Made by a program: the position numbers and the translations under genes. 64,000 nt of DNA from NCBI GenBank assembly GCA_013416795.1, contig RQSC01000003.1, positions 182,288-246,287 on the forward strand, written 5' to 3'. The stretch's first letter is position 1, and every line of letters starts with the position of its first letter. The DNA comes from Prasinococcaceae sp. CCMP 1430. Its lineage: Eukaryota; Plantae; Prasinodermophyta. Shown here in pieces: positions 20,955 to 32,278 of the stretch. The notes under the pieces are model-generated. The model was not told the origin of the DNA. It ran no database searches and was given only the letters and a program-made list of their open reading frames with translations.

Positions 20955-23785
20955 CTAAATTTTCCGGCCGAAGCGCTCCCCCCGCGCGGCACCACCACCC
21001 CCCACACCAACCCTCGCCGCCGCCTCCTGTCGCTGCTTCTTCGTCGCGTTGCCCAAAGGCTCGGCCTGCAGCGGATCCTCCGGCCAGAAGTGCTTGGGGT
21101 ATCGGCCCTTGAGCTCGGCCCTCACCTCCGCGTAGCTGCCCTCGCTGAAGAAGCCCGGAACGTCGCTCGTGGTCTGGATGGGCCTGTCGGCGGGGCTCAG
21201 GAGCGTGAACTCGACGGGCGCCCCCCCGCAGCGCGGGTGGCTCGCCATCCCCAGGACACGCTGCAGCCGCACGGACACCGACAGCTCGCCGCGGCTGTAG
21301 TCGAGCGGCACGGGCGCGCCGCCGGCGTCGAGGTCCGCGCGGCCGCGGAGCGCCAGCTGCTCCGCCGCAACGAGCATGCAGAGCAGGCTCTCGAGCGCGG
21401 CGTCGACCTGGGCGCCGCGCAGCAGCGCCTCCACGGTCGCGGCGCCCGGCGGAGCGAGCGGAGCGAGCCACTCGTCCAGGTCGCGCATGAGCGCGTCGTC
21501 GGACAGGTCGGGCAGGTCGGGGTGGGTGCGCGCGCGCAGCCACTCCGAGCGCTGGCGCAGGGCGTTGGTGGCCTTCCGCAGCCTGAGCGCCCCCCCCGCG
21601 CCGCCGTGCGGCGGCGGCACGGCCGCGCGCGCGCGCAGCATGTCGAAGAGCAGCGGGATGGCCTCGCCGTCCTCGAGCTGGGCGGGCGCCTCCGCCAGCG
21701 TGATGCTGCCCAGCGTGACGACCTCGCGGCACTGCACGCCCTTGCCCGCGGCGAAGACCCTGCGCTCGCGCGCGATCGCGCCGCCGCCGCTCGCGTCCGA
21801 CGACGTGAGCAGCCGCGCGTCGCACAGCTCGAGGTGGCCACGCCGGTCCGCGTGGTCTCGCGCGCGGGCCGCGCCGTTCTCCCTCTGCTTGCCCGCGCCG
21901 CTCGACACGTCGGCGCACGCGAGGTACGCGTGCTGCTCGAGCGGGTCGTCGGGGTCTGCGAGCGCCGCGACCTCGCCGCTCGCGAGCATGTACGCCGTCC
22001 GCGTGGGCTTGACGACCGCCTTGCCGCGCGCACCCGCGCGCGCGCCGAGCACCTTGGGCGGGGCGCGGCGCTGCGCGACGCGGTCGGGGAACGCCAGCGC
22101 GATGAGCGCGCCAACGCACGCCTCGTCGTCGAGCGCGCGCAGCGCCGCGAGCGCCTCATCCGGCGAGGCCGGGTCTCTCGCCGCCGCCAGCGCTGGCAGC
22201 GAGCCCTCCAGCTGCTTCATCGAGCGCAGCGCTCGATGCGTCGCGTCGCGATGGAAGCTGCGGGCGTCGACCGCCGCGCCACCCGCGCCACCCGCGCCAT
22301 CGGCGCCATCGACAGCGCACGCCAGTGCGGCGAGGCGCGCGCGCATGTCCGCGCCAACGCCCGCGCCCGCCATCGCGATGTCCCTCTCGCCGAGCAGCGC
22401 CGCCAGCGCCAGCGCCGAGCGACCGGCGCTCGGCGTGTCGGCGCGCGCGCGAGCGCCTCGCCGAGCGGGGTCGCGCCCCCCCGCGCCGTGATTGCGCCCA
22501 GGCGCTGGAGCAGCGCGGTGCCCTCGGCGAGCGCGCCCTCGGGCGGCGGGTCGAGCCACAGCATCGATCGCGCGTCGCGCTCGCCCCACGCCGCCAGCGA
22601 CAGCGCGAGCGGCGCCAGATCCTCCCGCAGGATCGCGGGCTTCGGCCGCTCCGGCCTGCGACCGTGACTCGCCGCGGTCCACAGGCGGTAGCACACCCCG
22701 GGCCCCTCCCGGCCCGCGCGGCCCGCGCGCTGGTCCGCGTTCTGCACGGCAATGGGCTCCGTCAGCAGCACGTCCATCCCCCGCGCCGTGTCGTAGCGCG
22801 GCACGCGCGCGAGGCCCGCGTCGACGACGATGCGCACGCCCTTCACGGTCAGGGAGGACTCGGCGACGGGGGTGGCGAGGACGACGCGCCTGCCCTCGCC
22901 CTCGCCGTTGATGGCCTCGTCCTGCTCGCGCTTGCTGCTCATCGTCCCGTGCAGCGCGAGCACGCGCGCCTTTGCGGCCGCGCGCTCGAGGCGCTCGCGC
23001 GTGCCGCGGATCTCCTTCGCGCCCGGCAAGAAGCACAGCACGTCGCCCTCGTGCGCGTCCAGGGCTTCGAGCACGCAGCGCGCTGCGGCGTCCTCGACCG
23101 ACCCGCGCTGGTTCAGGTTGATCCCTGACGCCGCGTAGCGCACGTCGACCGGATAGCTCCTGCCCTCGCTGGTGATGACAGCCGCGTCGTCGCCGAGCAG
23201 GTCGCCGACGCGGCGCGCCTCCGAGCCGAGGGTGGCGCTCATCACGACGAGCCTCAGGTCCGGCCGCAGCAGCTGGCGCGACTGCGCGCACAGCGCGAGC
23301 GCCGAGTCCGCCTCGAGCGAGCGCTCGTGGAATTCGTCGAACACGACCGCGCACACGCCCTCGAGGGACGGGTCCGAGAGGAGCCGTCGACCGAGGACGC
23401 CCTCCGTGACGACCTCGACGCGCGTGCGCGCGCTCACCCTCGACTCGAAGCGCACGCGGTACCCGACGGTCTCACCGACGCCCTCCCCCAGCATTGTCGC
23501 CATGCGCGTCGCGGCGGCGCGCGCAGCGAGCCTCCGCGGCTCGAGCACGACGATGGTGCCCCCGTCGGACGCGTACTGGGCGCCGCTGAGCAGCATCGCG
23601 AGCGGCAGCGCCGTCGTCTTTCCGGCGCCCGGCGGAGCCTGGAGGACGGCGGGCCGCCCGTCACGCAGCGCGTCCGTGACGTCATTGAGGACCTCACGCA
23701 CGGGCAGGCCCGCGCTCGCGGCGTCGAAGCGCTCGCGCAGCCGCGGCGCCGGCGAGGCCGCCTCGGCACCCGCGGAGGGGACCAA
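20955..23785 (-). CDS. hrpB: ATP-dependent RNA helicase HrpB (bacterial-type DEAH); apparent frameshift near 22445 and no in-frame ATG
   Basis: QAPPGAGKTT, VLEPRRLAARAAA, FDEFHERSL, MSATL, QRAGRAGR and the HrpB C-terminal signature ELKGRYPKHFWPEDP; split over two frames. Confidence 0.85.
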
Positions 23786-23835
23786 GGGCCCGGTCGTCGG
23801 CAGAGGCTGCGGCGGCGGCGCCGGCGGCGCGGGGC

Positions 23836-24849
23836 GAACGCGTGCTGGTGACCGGCGCCGCGGGCTTCATCGGCAGCCACGTGTGCCAGCAGCTGGCGGA
23901 GGCGGGCTACGCCGTGCGGGGCACCGTGCGCGACGCGTCCGATGCCGCCAAGGTCGGCCACCTCCGCGCCTGCTGCCCTGGCATCGAGCTGGTCGAGGCC
24001 GACCTCGTGGCGTCCGACGGCGACGCCTGGCGCTCGGCGTGCCGCGGCTGCGCGTACGTGTGCCACGTCGCCTCGCCGTTCGTGACCGGCGCCACCGACG
24101 CCGAGCTGCTGCCTCCGGCTGTGGACGGGTCCAAAGCGGTGGTCTCCGCGGCGGCCGCCGAGGGGGTGCGGCGCGTGGTGCTCACGTCGTCGGTGGCGGC
24201 CATCTCAGCGGGGCGCGGGCCGGAAGCGCACGGGCGCACCTTCACGCCCGAGGACTGGACGGTCGCAGAAAAGGCGGACGCGTATCCCAAGTCGAAGACG
24301 CTCGCAGAGAGGGCCGCGCGCGCCACGGCACAGGAGCGCGGCATCGAGATCGTCACGATCCATCCGTCGTACGTGCTCGGCGCGTCGCTCTCGACGCGCG
24401 TCGACCACACATCGGCCGCGCTGCACCTTCGGATGATGTCGGGCAGCGTGCCGGCGTCGCCCCACATGTCGCTGGGCATCGTGTCAGTGCGCGATGTGGC
24501 GGCGACGCACGTGGCCGCGATCGAGAGAGGCGAGCCAGGCGCCCGCTACATCGCGCACGCGGGCAACATGTGGATGAGCGAGGTGGCGAAGGCGCTGCGG
24601 CGGGACGAGTTCAAGCGCCGCGGCGCGCGCGCGCCGCGATGGACCGCGCCGAACTTCCTCGTCCGGCTGATGGCGCGTTTCGGCGACTCGGGCGCGGGCG
24701 CCATCGCGGGCATGCTCGGGCGCGAGGTCTACTACGACACGTCGGCGACGACCGAGCGGCTCGGCGTGCGCTTCGCCTCGGCCGAGGATGCCGTCGTCGA
24801 GACCGCGCGGGACCTGCTCGACAAGGGATTGGTGAAGGGCTGCAACTGA
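23836..24849 (+). CDS. NAD-dependent epimerase/dehydratase (DFR/CCR/GRE2-like extended SDR); start codon not found
   Basis: RVLVTGAAGFIGSHV Rossmann motif, HVASP, VVLTSS, YPKSK catalytic YxxxK. Confidence 0.85.
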   Translation, partial: ERVLVTGAAGFIGSHVCQQLAEAGYAVRGTVRDASDAAKVGHLRACCPGIELVEADLVASDGDAWRSACRGCAYVCHVASPFVTGATDAELLPPAVDGSKAVVSAAAAEGVRRVVLTSSVAAISAGRGPEAHGRTFTPEDWTVAEKADAYPKSKTLAERAARATAQERGIEIVTIHPSYVLGASLSTRVDHTSAALHLRMMSGSVPASPHMSLGIVSVRDVAATHVAAIERGEPGARYIAHAGNMWMSEVAKALRRDEFKRRGARAPRWTAPNFLVRLMARFGDSGAGAIAGMLGREVYYDTSATTERLGVRFASAEDAVVETARDLLDKGLVKGCN

Positions 24850-25077
24850 GCGAGCGCAGGCCCGCGAGCCGCGCCGCAGCACCGACGACTTGTTGTGTGC
24901 GCGCGCGGCTCTCGAGCGCGCGCTGGTCCCGATGGTACGGCGCGGCATGAATATACTGTACACTCTTCGAAGTCTGAAACACCGCGCGCGCCTTCTTCCG
25001 TCTGGGAGTCGCTTTGGGCGGTTTTCTGCGTGCGCTCGCTGGCCGCCTCAACCGCCCGCCTCGTCCGGCTCCCGTCC

Positions 25078-26544
25078 CTAGGCCTCGGCTGGCGCGTCCG
25101 GCTTGAGGAAGCTCACCGTCTTGGAGCTCGAGCACTGCTCCTTCTGCCAGGGCACGAGCCCGACCTCGCGGCCGAGCTCGCCCAGGTCGGTCATAATGTA
25201 CGACTCGTAGTACGGCTCCGCGAAGTCGCCGAAGCGCCCCATGGTAGCGTCCACGCTGGGCCGGTCGCCCTTCTGGATCGAGTCGGTGACCACGAAGAGG
25301 CCGCCCGGCTTGAGCACGCGCGCGGCCTCGGCGAACACGTTGCGGCGCGCCTCGAGCGGCAGCTCGTGGAAGAGATACACGCTGGTGACGACGTCGAAGC
25401 TGGCGTCGGGCTCGGGCACGTCCTCGGCGTTGGCGTGGAGGAGCACGCACGAGCCCACGGAGCGCTGCGCGGAGCCGCCGTCGGCGTTGAGCTCCTTCGT
25501 GATGTCCTCTGCGCGCAGCTGCTCCCAGTAGCTGTTGTTCTCGCGCGCCTTCTCGAGGTAGAACGGCGACAGGTCGAGCAGCGTGAAGTCCGCCTCCGGA
25601 AACGTGTCGCGGGCGAAGGTCGCAAAGCGGCCGGTGCCGCACGCGAGCTCGAGCACGCGCACGCCGGCGGTCGAGGGCCCCCGCCGCTGCAAGTAGCGCG
25701 ACACGGGCACGAGCGTGTGTCGCTGCATGCTGTCCTGCCGGCCGACGAAGAGCGTCTCCGTGGAGGTCTCGTACACCTCCGCGCTGTCCGCGGAGAACCA
25801 GCCGTCGCTCTGGTAGTGGAAGGTGTGCTGGTAGTAGCTCGGGTACATGGTCGGGCTCGACTTGAGCCACACCGAGGTGTCCGCCCGCTGGCTCCTCCGC
25901 GCGAGCGTGCCGTTGGCCTCGGTGACGAAGCGCGCCGCCTGCCCCGCGATGAAGAGCGGGTTCCACTGTCTGTGAAGCCCGCCGGAGTGCACGGGCTGGG
26001 CGTCGTACGGAGCGCGGTACAGGCCCGCGCGCACGTTCTCGAGGTCCTGGCGGAAGGACACGAGTGCCTCCGCGTACAGCCGCGCCATGGAATCGATGCT
26101 CAGCCCCTTGCCGATCGGGCTGGAGTCCTGGGTGCCCGAGGTGGCCGCGTTGTACGCGAGCGATCCCGCGGCCTGCGTGGCGAAGAACGTCGCGCGCGCC
26201 ACGGCGTACGCGAAGAAGGCGGCGGACTCGGGCGATTTGGACGCCACGTCGCCGAAGCGGGCGACCTCGTCGAGGAGCGACTCGGCGGCGCTCTTGCCAG
26301 GGTACGGGAACGACCAGTCGCGCCACTCGGCGCAGCTCGGCGAGCACACGAAGGTTTGGGCGTCGAGCGTGCCCGGCCGCGAGTCGACGGGCGCGGCCGA
26401 GTCTGTCGCAGCCGTTGGGGGAGTCGGGGCCTTCTCGGCGTCGAAGCCGTCGAAGACGACCGCCTCCAGGGCGCGCGGGGGCGCGGGGGCCGAGCGGCGC
26501 GCCCTAGAGGCGCCGTTGGCGCGGCCGCGCCGTCCGGGCGCGCG
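25078..26544 (-). CDS. Class I SAM-dependent methyltransferase (UbiE-like, probably plastid-targeted); 5' end in the gap
   Basis: YPSYYQHTFHYQSDGW, VLELACGTGRFA (motif I), LDLSPFYL, FDVVTSVYLFHELP, RVLKPGG. Confidence 0.8.
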   Translation of the reverse strand, partial: RAPGRRGRANGASRARRSAPAPPRALEAVVFDGFDAEKAPTPPTAATDSAAPVDSRPGTLDAQTFVCSPSCAEWRDWSFPYPGKSAAESLLDEVARFGDVASKSPESAAFFAYAVARATFFATQAAGSLAYNAATSGTQDSSPIGKGLSIDSMARLYAEALVSFRQDLENVRAGLYRAPYDAQPVHSGGLHRQWNPLFIAGQAARFVTEANGTLARRSQRADTSVWLKSSPTMYPSYYQHTFHYQSDGWFSADSAEVYETSTETLFVGRQDSMQRHTLVPVSRYLQRRGPSTAGVRVLELACGTGRFATFARDTFPEADFTLLDLSPFYLEKARENNSYWEQLRAEDITKELNADGGSAQRSVGSCVLLHANAEDVPEPDASFDVVTSVYLFHELPLEARRNVFAEAARVLKPGGLFVVTDSIQKGDRPSVDATMGRFGDFAEPYYESYIMTDLGELGREVGLVPWQKEQCSSSKTVSFLKPDAPAEA

Positions 26545-27347
26545 NNNNNNNNNNNNNNNNNNNNNNNNNNNNNNNNNNNNNNNNNNNNNNNNNNNNNNNN
26601 NNNNNNNNNNNNNNNNNNNNNNNNNNNNNNNNNNNNNNNNNNNNNNNNNNNNNNNNNNNNNNNNNNNNNNNNNNNNNNNNNNNNNNNNNNNNNNNNNNNN
26701 NNNNNNNNNNNNNNNNNNNNNNNNNNNNNNNNNNNNNNNNNNNNNNNNNNNNNNNNNNNNNNNNNNNNNNNNNNNNNNNNNNNNNNNNNNNNNNNNNNNN
26801 NNNNNNNNNNNNNNNNNNNNNNNNNNNNNNNNNNNNNNNNNNNNNNNNNNNNNNNNNNNNNNNNNNNNNNNNNNNNNNNNNNNNNNNNNNNNNNNNNNNN
26901 NNNNNNNNNNNNNNNNNNNNNNNNNNNNNNNNNNNNNNNNNNNNNNNNNNNNNNNNNNNNNNNNNNNNNNNNNNNNNNNNNNNNNNNNNNNNNNNNNNNN
27001 NNNNNNNNNNNNNNNNNNNNNNNNNNNNNNNNNNNNNNNNNNNNNNNNNNNNNNNNNNNNNNNNNNNNNNNNNNNNNNNNNNNNNNNNNNNNNNNNNNNN
27101 NNNNNNNNNNNNNNNNNNNNNNNNNNNNNNNNNNNNNNNNNNNNNNNNNNNNNNNNNNNNNNNNNNNNNNNNNNNNNNNNNNNNNNNNNNNNNNNNNNNN
27201 NNNNNNNNNNNNNNNNNNNNNNNNNNNNNNNNNNNNNNNNNNNNNNNNNNNNNNNNNNNNNNNNNNNNNNNNNNNNNNNNNNNNNNNNNNNNNNNNNNNN
27301 NNNNNNNNNNNNNNNNNNNNNNNNNNNNNNNNNNNNNNNNNNNNNNC
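26545..27347. other. Assembly gap (803 N)
   Basis: Run of N. Confidence 1.
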
Positions 27348-27735
27348 CAGCAGCGGCGGCAACGCGGACGACGCGCGAGGCGGCGCGGCCGGCGGCGGCG
27401 GCGACGCCCGGCAAGGCCCCCCACTTCGCGTCGATGCTTCCACGGCGGGCGTCAGCCCGCTGCTCCAACCCGGCCATCATCGCACATCGCAGCAGAAGGT
27501 GCAGCGTGGGCAGACGCCGCCACCGGGAGCTCCCGGGGGCGATCCGGAGGCCGCGGACGCGGCCTACCGCAGCGGTGGCGCTGCGCTGCGCTGCGGTGAC
27601 GTCCGAGCCGCGCTGTCGCTCTTCCGCACAGCGGCGGCGGCGTGCCCGCCTGGCGCGCCCTTCCGCTCTGCGCGCGTGAAGATCGACCGCGCCATCAGCG
27701 CGTGCGAGAACAAGCTCGCCGAGGCGCCCGTGTAA
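27348..27735 (+). CDS. 3' end of a hypothetical protein with a C-terminal TPR-like helical pair; 5' part in the gap
   Basis: Open frame ending ..AYRSGGAALRCGDVRAALSLFRTAAAACPP..KIDRAISACENKL-stop. Confidence 0.45.
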
Positions 27736-27809
27736 TTCCCTCGCTCGCCAGGGACGGCGCCGTGTGCGCGCTCGCGCGCCGGCAGCCGAGGGCAGCGTCG
27801 TGGCGTCTT

Positions 27810-28984
27810 TTACTTTTTGGCCTTGCGCGAGGGCAAGAGCGGCGTGGCCTCACCGCCCAAGCCCATCCCGCCGAGCCCCGCGGGCGACGCGAGCGGCGGC
27901 AGCTTGGCACCTGCCTGTCCCCCTGCACCGAACAGCTTGGCGTTGAGGCGCTTGAGCTCCGCCACCGTGTCATCCGCCACCTCTTGCGCCTCCGCCTCCT
28001 GCGCCTGCGTGGCGGCCGCCTCGTCCTTCTGCAGCCGTGCCTCATACTCGGCCGCCGCGTTCTCTGTGGGGGCGCGAGGAGCATCACGCGCTCTGTCAGC
28101 TCGCGCACGCGAGAGTGCGAGCTGCTGCCGCCCAATCAAGGCGCTCTCCTGTCGCTGCGCCCCCATGAGCTTTAATCTTCCCCCGCTCCCCCCCCTCCCC
28201 CCCCCACACACATTCGGCAGAGCTGGCACGCGCGAGCGTCACGCGCGGGCGCCTGCGCTGGCGAGGGCCTCCGGCACCTGCGTGCCTGCCCTGTTTGCAT
28301 CGGCTGCACGCACCTATCCTCTTCCGCTGCTCCTCCGGCAGCTCCGCGCGCTTGGCGTCCACCGTGTCCTGCGGCAGCAGCAGCTTCAGCCGGAAGGCGT
28401 CCACTCCGTTGAGGTAGTACCTGATGAGGAACTTGTCGCGGATGAAACCCAGCTGCTGATAGAGGGCGAGCGCACCCCGGTTGGTCACCTCGGCCTCGAG
28501 CACGCACTCATCGGCACCGGCCTCGCGCATCACGTTCAGGGAGCGCTTCACGAGCTCCGTGCCGATGCCGTACTTGCGGAACGCCTGCGCGCGCGCGGCG
28601 CGACGCCCGCGATGGCGCGACCGAGTCAGAGATGAGGGCAGGCCCCCGCATGGGCGCGCACGCGATGCGCTGCATCGCGCGAGCCACCACTGCGGGTGAC
28701 AGCCCCGCGGGCGTACCTTGGTGACCACGAGCATGGCGATGTACCCTCTGAACACCCCCCGGTGGTCGTCGAGCTTGCACACGATGGCGCCCACGCACTT
28801 GCCGCCGCTGTACGCCATCCAACACAGCCCCGGCCAGCTCGCGATGAAGTACCTGTACGTGAAGATGGAGTAGGGCTCGCTGAGCTCCGACGCAACGAGG
28901 TCCATGATGATGGGCAGGTCGTTCTCGTCCGCATAGGCCTTGTACTCGAGGTCCGGCGGCGGCGCCGGCCGGCCGTTCGTCATG
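27810..28984 (-). CDS. NAA30: N-terminal acetyltransferase NatC catalytic subunit (exons 28984-28717, 28584-28314, 28063-27810)
   Basis: LSEPYSIFTYRYF, RGYIAMLVV, RKYGIGTELV, VLEAEVTNRGALALYQQLGFIRDK..RYYLNGVDAFRLKL; both introns have GT/CTGAC/AG signals and join in frame. Confidence 0.92.
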
Positions 28985-30025
28985 CTGCCGCGCGCGCGCA
29001 GCGCGCAGGCCTCGCTCCCCTTCCCGGCCCCTCGCCCGCGCACGTCCCTTTCCCCGCCCGTGCGCCTCTCGCCCGCTGTGGCACCCACCCTGCCCCTCTC
29101 GCCCCCTAATGTGCTCACAGTTACGACAGCCCGATAAACCTGTCGCACCTTCGCCCGTCGTTCTCCCACATTTTCTCGTGGGCGCGGGCGAGGGAGTGCC
29201 CACCCGCTCCTACTAAGGGGTGAGCCGGCGACGGCGGGCGGCCAGCGCAGCATTGCGGCCGCGCGCCTTGTAACTTTCTGGATTGACAGCCCCAGGCCGA
29301 GGGCCGCGGCGCCAGCACAGCGCGCGAGGCGAGCGCGTGCGCTGGCGCGCGCGCGCCCAGCCGAGCCTGGAGGTTGCTCAATAGTTTACATGACGGGCAC
29401 CCCTCCTACCCGGCCGCTGTGGGGCGACCGACCGGGCATGCACACGCGCAGCACAGCACGGGCGTTCCGGCAGGTCGAGGGCGCCGCCCGCCTTCGGGCT
29501 GACCTTCCCCCTGCTCCTCAAGGCCGACGGCACTCCCGCCCCCGTCGCACGCCGCGCCGCGCCCTCGCGCGCGCGCCCTCGCGCGCCCCCGGCGCGCACA
29601 ATCATCGGATTCATTCTGACATACGTATCACTCGCCCGTGGGTGCAATTGCCATCGTACCATCCACCGGATGGTATGCATGACGCGCGGGTGGCCCAAAA
29701 CCCCTCTCCCGAAGGCGATCCCGGAAATGCTCGGTCGGCCGATCTCGTTGATGAGAGCTCTTGGGGGATACACGCGGCAACTCGCTTGAGAATGCATCGA
29801 ATTGCCGGCAAGAAAGGTCGTTGCTATTACAGCCGCGCACGCCAGCCTGAGCGTGCGCGAGGGCGGAGGGGGAAGGGAGGGTGAATGGGGGGATTGGAGC
29901 GCAAGAGTACGCGGCGGGCTGCGCACGTGTGCACGTGCGTGGCGTGCCCGCGGGCGCGGGCGTCCGGCGTAACAAGGACGTAGGAGGAGAGCGGCGCGTG
30001 CTCGGGCGAAGCGCGCCGAGCGGGC

Positions 30026-31560
30026 TCATATCCGGTCGTCTCTGCGGCCGCAGCGAGCGTGCCACGCGTCTGCAGCCGCCCTCACGGCCTCTGGCTCGTT
30101 GGTGACCACCGCATCCGCACCCGCTGCCAGCACGCGCCGTTGCATGTAGGGCTCGTTGGCCGTCCAGCCAAAGATTCGCATGCCCCTGCTGCGTGCCTGC
30201 TCCACCAAGTCAGCATCGAGCATCGAGTGGTGCACGCTGAGCACCTCCGTCGAAGGCATGCGGAAGGGCTGATCCATTTTCCTCTTGATGGCCGCTTTGG
30301 TGTCGTTCATCATGACCTCCCCTTTGTGCGTTCGGGCAGGTGGGCGGGCATTTGGGGTCGCGCGCGCCTAGGCGTCAGCTGCGCGCGTGGTTCGGAAGCG
30401 CCCACGTGCGCAAGCGAGAGAGAGACAGAGAGAGGGCAAACGCGCACGGACGGGGACGGGGCATTCCTACCTGCGGCAATGTCTCTGTAATTGTCCTTGA
30501 TCGAATTGGTGACGTAGTCAGACTTGGACCACACCACGCAGTTGTTGCACTTTGCTGCCTTGAGCACAATGGAGACTGCGTGCACGGCCGCGAGCGTGCA
30601 GCGGCACAGTGTCAGCATGCCCGCGAGAGGCGGCGCGCCCGCCTTCCCGCGTGTAGGTGCGCGTCACGCACCTCCCATCGCGACCTTGGCCGCGCGGTGC
30701 CTGTTGCCCTCTTTGACGTCGATGATCAGGGTGTCCAGCAGGTGCGCCGTCTCAGCCACGACGTCCTTGAGCTGCGGCACCGTAGCACCCTGGCGGCTCA
30801 CCGAAGCGGGCAAACCCTTCGCCGCGTCGTATTTCCTGCGGGAGGCAATGATGGGTCGGGTGGTCAGCCATCGCACGCGCACCGCCAGCTCGCATGCGCA
30901 CGTTGCGAGGGAGAGCTGGGCGCGCGCGCGACGCCAGCGCTCGCGCGCGGCCTCACATGATCCTATCCGATTTGATGAACCCCACGTTTGTGTTTTCGTC
31001 CCCCGACATGCGAATCACTTCGCGATCATGCACAGCGAGGACCACCGCGTCGAGCGAGAGGCTCGCATCGATCTCGACGCACCGCGCGCCCTTGGCGATT
31101 GCGCTCTTCACGGCCGCGATGGTGTTCGGTGCGTGGCTGTGCGTGTCACCGCCGTGCCAGCACACCATCGGGCCGCCCTTGCGTGTGGCCTTGCTGAGCT
31201 CGCAGAACGCGGCCGTCGGGCGAGTCCGGTGCAAGTCGCGCACACTCATCTTCTTCTCCTCCTCGGACATATCCATGCCCGCGCCCGCGTCTGGTAGCAT
31301 CACCTGTCGCGCGGACAGGGCCAGGCCGTGCGAGCGGGAGCGCGCGTCAGCACCCGAGGAATCTGCCAGGCGGGCGCGAGGCGGAGGCGCGCGCGCGCAG
31401 GAGAGCGCACCTGAAATACGAAGAAGGTGAGCGTCATCAGTGCGAGCATCACGACGGCGATCACAGGCAGCGGCGGGCCCCTCCTACTGCGCATGCTGCC
31501 CGTGCCACGCGTCGCCGACGGCAGCAGCGGCGCCGAGCGCCAGTCGCCGCCACGCATCAT
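30026..31560 (-). CDS. Glycerophosphodiester phosphodiesterase, plant GDPD4-like, N-terminal membrane anchor, multi-exon
   Basis: VCWHGGD..PNT, VEIDASLSLD..AVHD, LIIDVK, FGWTANE, GADAVVTNEP spread over about 5 exons; xHGG variant as in plant GDPD4. Confidence 0.8.
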
Positions 31561-32043
31561 CGCGCCGCCGCCGCCGCGGGCGCGCGCGCGATCGGCGGCG
31601 GAATCGCCGGGCCGCGCCCGCGCCCTAACGGCGCGGGCGCGGGCACATTTCAGGTTAGAAAATGAGGGTTTGTAAATTCGGTGCTTGTAGGGCGTTTTGA
31701 CGGAGCCTTGCCGATTTCGGGGTTCGGGTTTCGGAGCGCGTCCCGAACCGGCGCGCGCGGGCGCGGGGCGCCGGATTTTTTTTCGCCCGGCGGCCGTTTC
31801 CCGGTTTCGTCCGCAAAACGGCGTTCTCACCCCCCGATTCATCCAACGAAATCGCACGATGGTTTGACGGAAGCGGGCATCGAAATGCGCTACGGCCGGC
31901 CGCTGCGCGTTCGTTACGCGTCGTGTCATGCGGCCGCATCGAACGAGCGAATCGCGGAGTGATGAAAGAAATGCGCGCGATTCGCACATACGTGCGAGTA
32001 TGTGCGCACCGGGCGGCGTTGTTAGTTCGGCAGCGCCGCGCGA

Positions 32044-32145
32044 TAACCCTAACCATATTTTAGGGGTAATTGCGTTTTAGGGTTTGAGATTCCGATGATA
32101 ACCCTAACATGATATTAGGGTATGGTTGTTGATAGGGTTTAGGGG
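32044..32145. repeat. Cluster of telomere-like motifs (AACCCTAA, TTTAGGG, TAGGGTTTAGGG) in an AT-rich divergent promoter region
   Basis: AACCCTAA at 32045 and 32100; TTTTAGGG at 32058 and 32075; TTAGGG at 32115; TAGGGTTTAGGG at 32133. Confidence 0.8.
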
Positions 32146-32278
32146 GCATGGGAGCGCGCGCGCGCGCGATCCGTTCGGCGGCGCTGCTGCGCCGCTCGCT
32201 GAGCGCGGCGGTGTGGCGCGCCGTGGCGACGTAGGTCAGGTTGAGTTCGCCGTCGATTAGGCGGCGCCCGCCGGCGGC

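Noticed and set aside
29809-29821. ACGACCTTTCTTG on the - strand resembling the 5' end of plant U3 snoRNA
   Set aside because: The following box A sequence and a terminal box D are not recognisable
32044-32110. TAACCCTAAC as a telomerase RNA template
   Set aside because: Occurs twice and is interleaved with reverse-orientation copies, which fits DNA telo-boxes better
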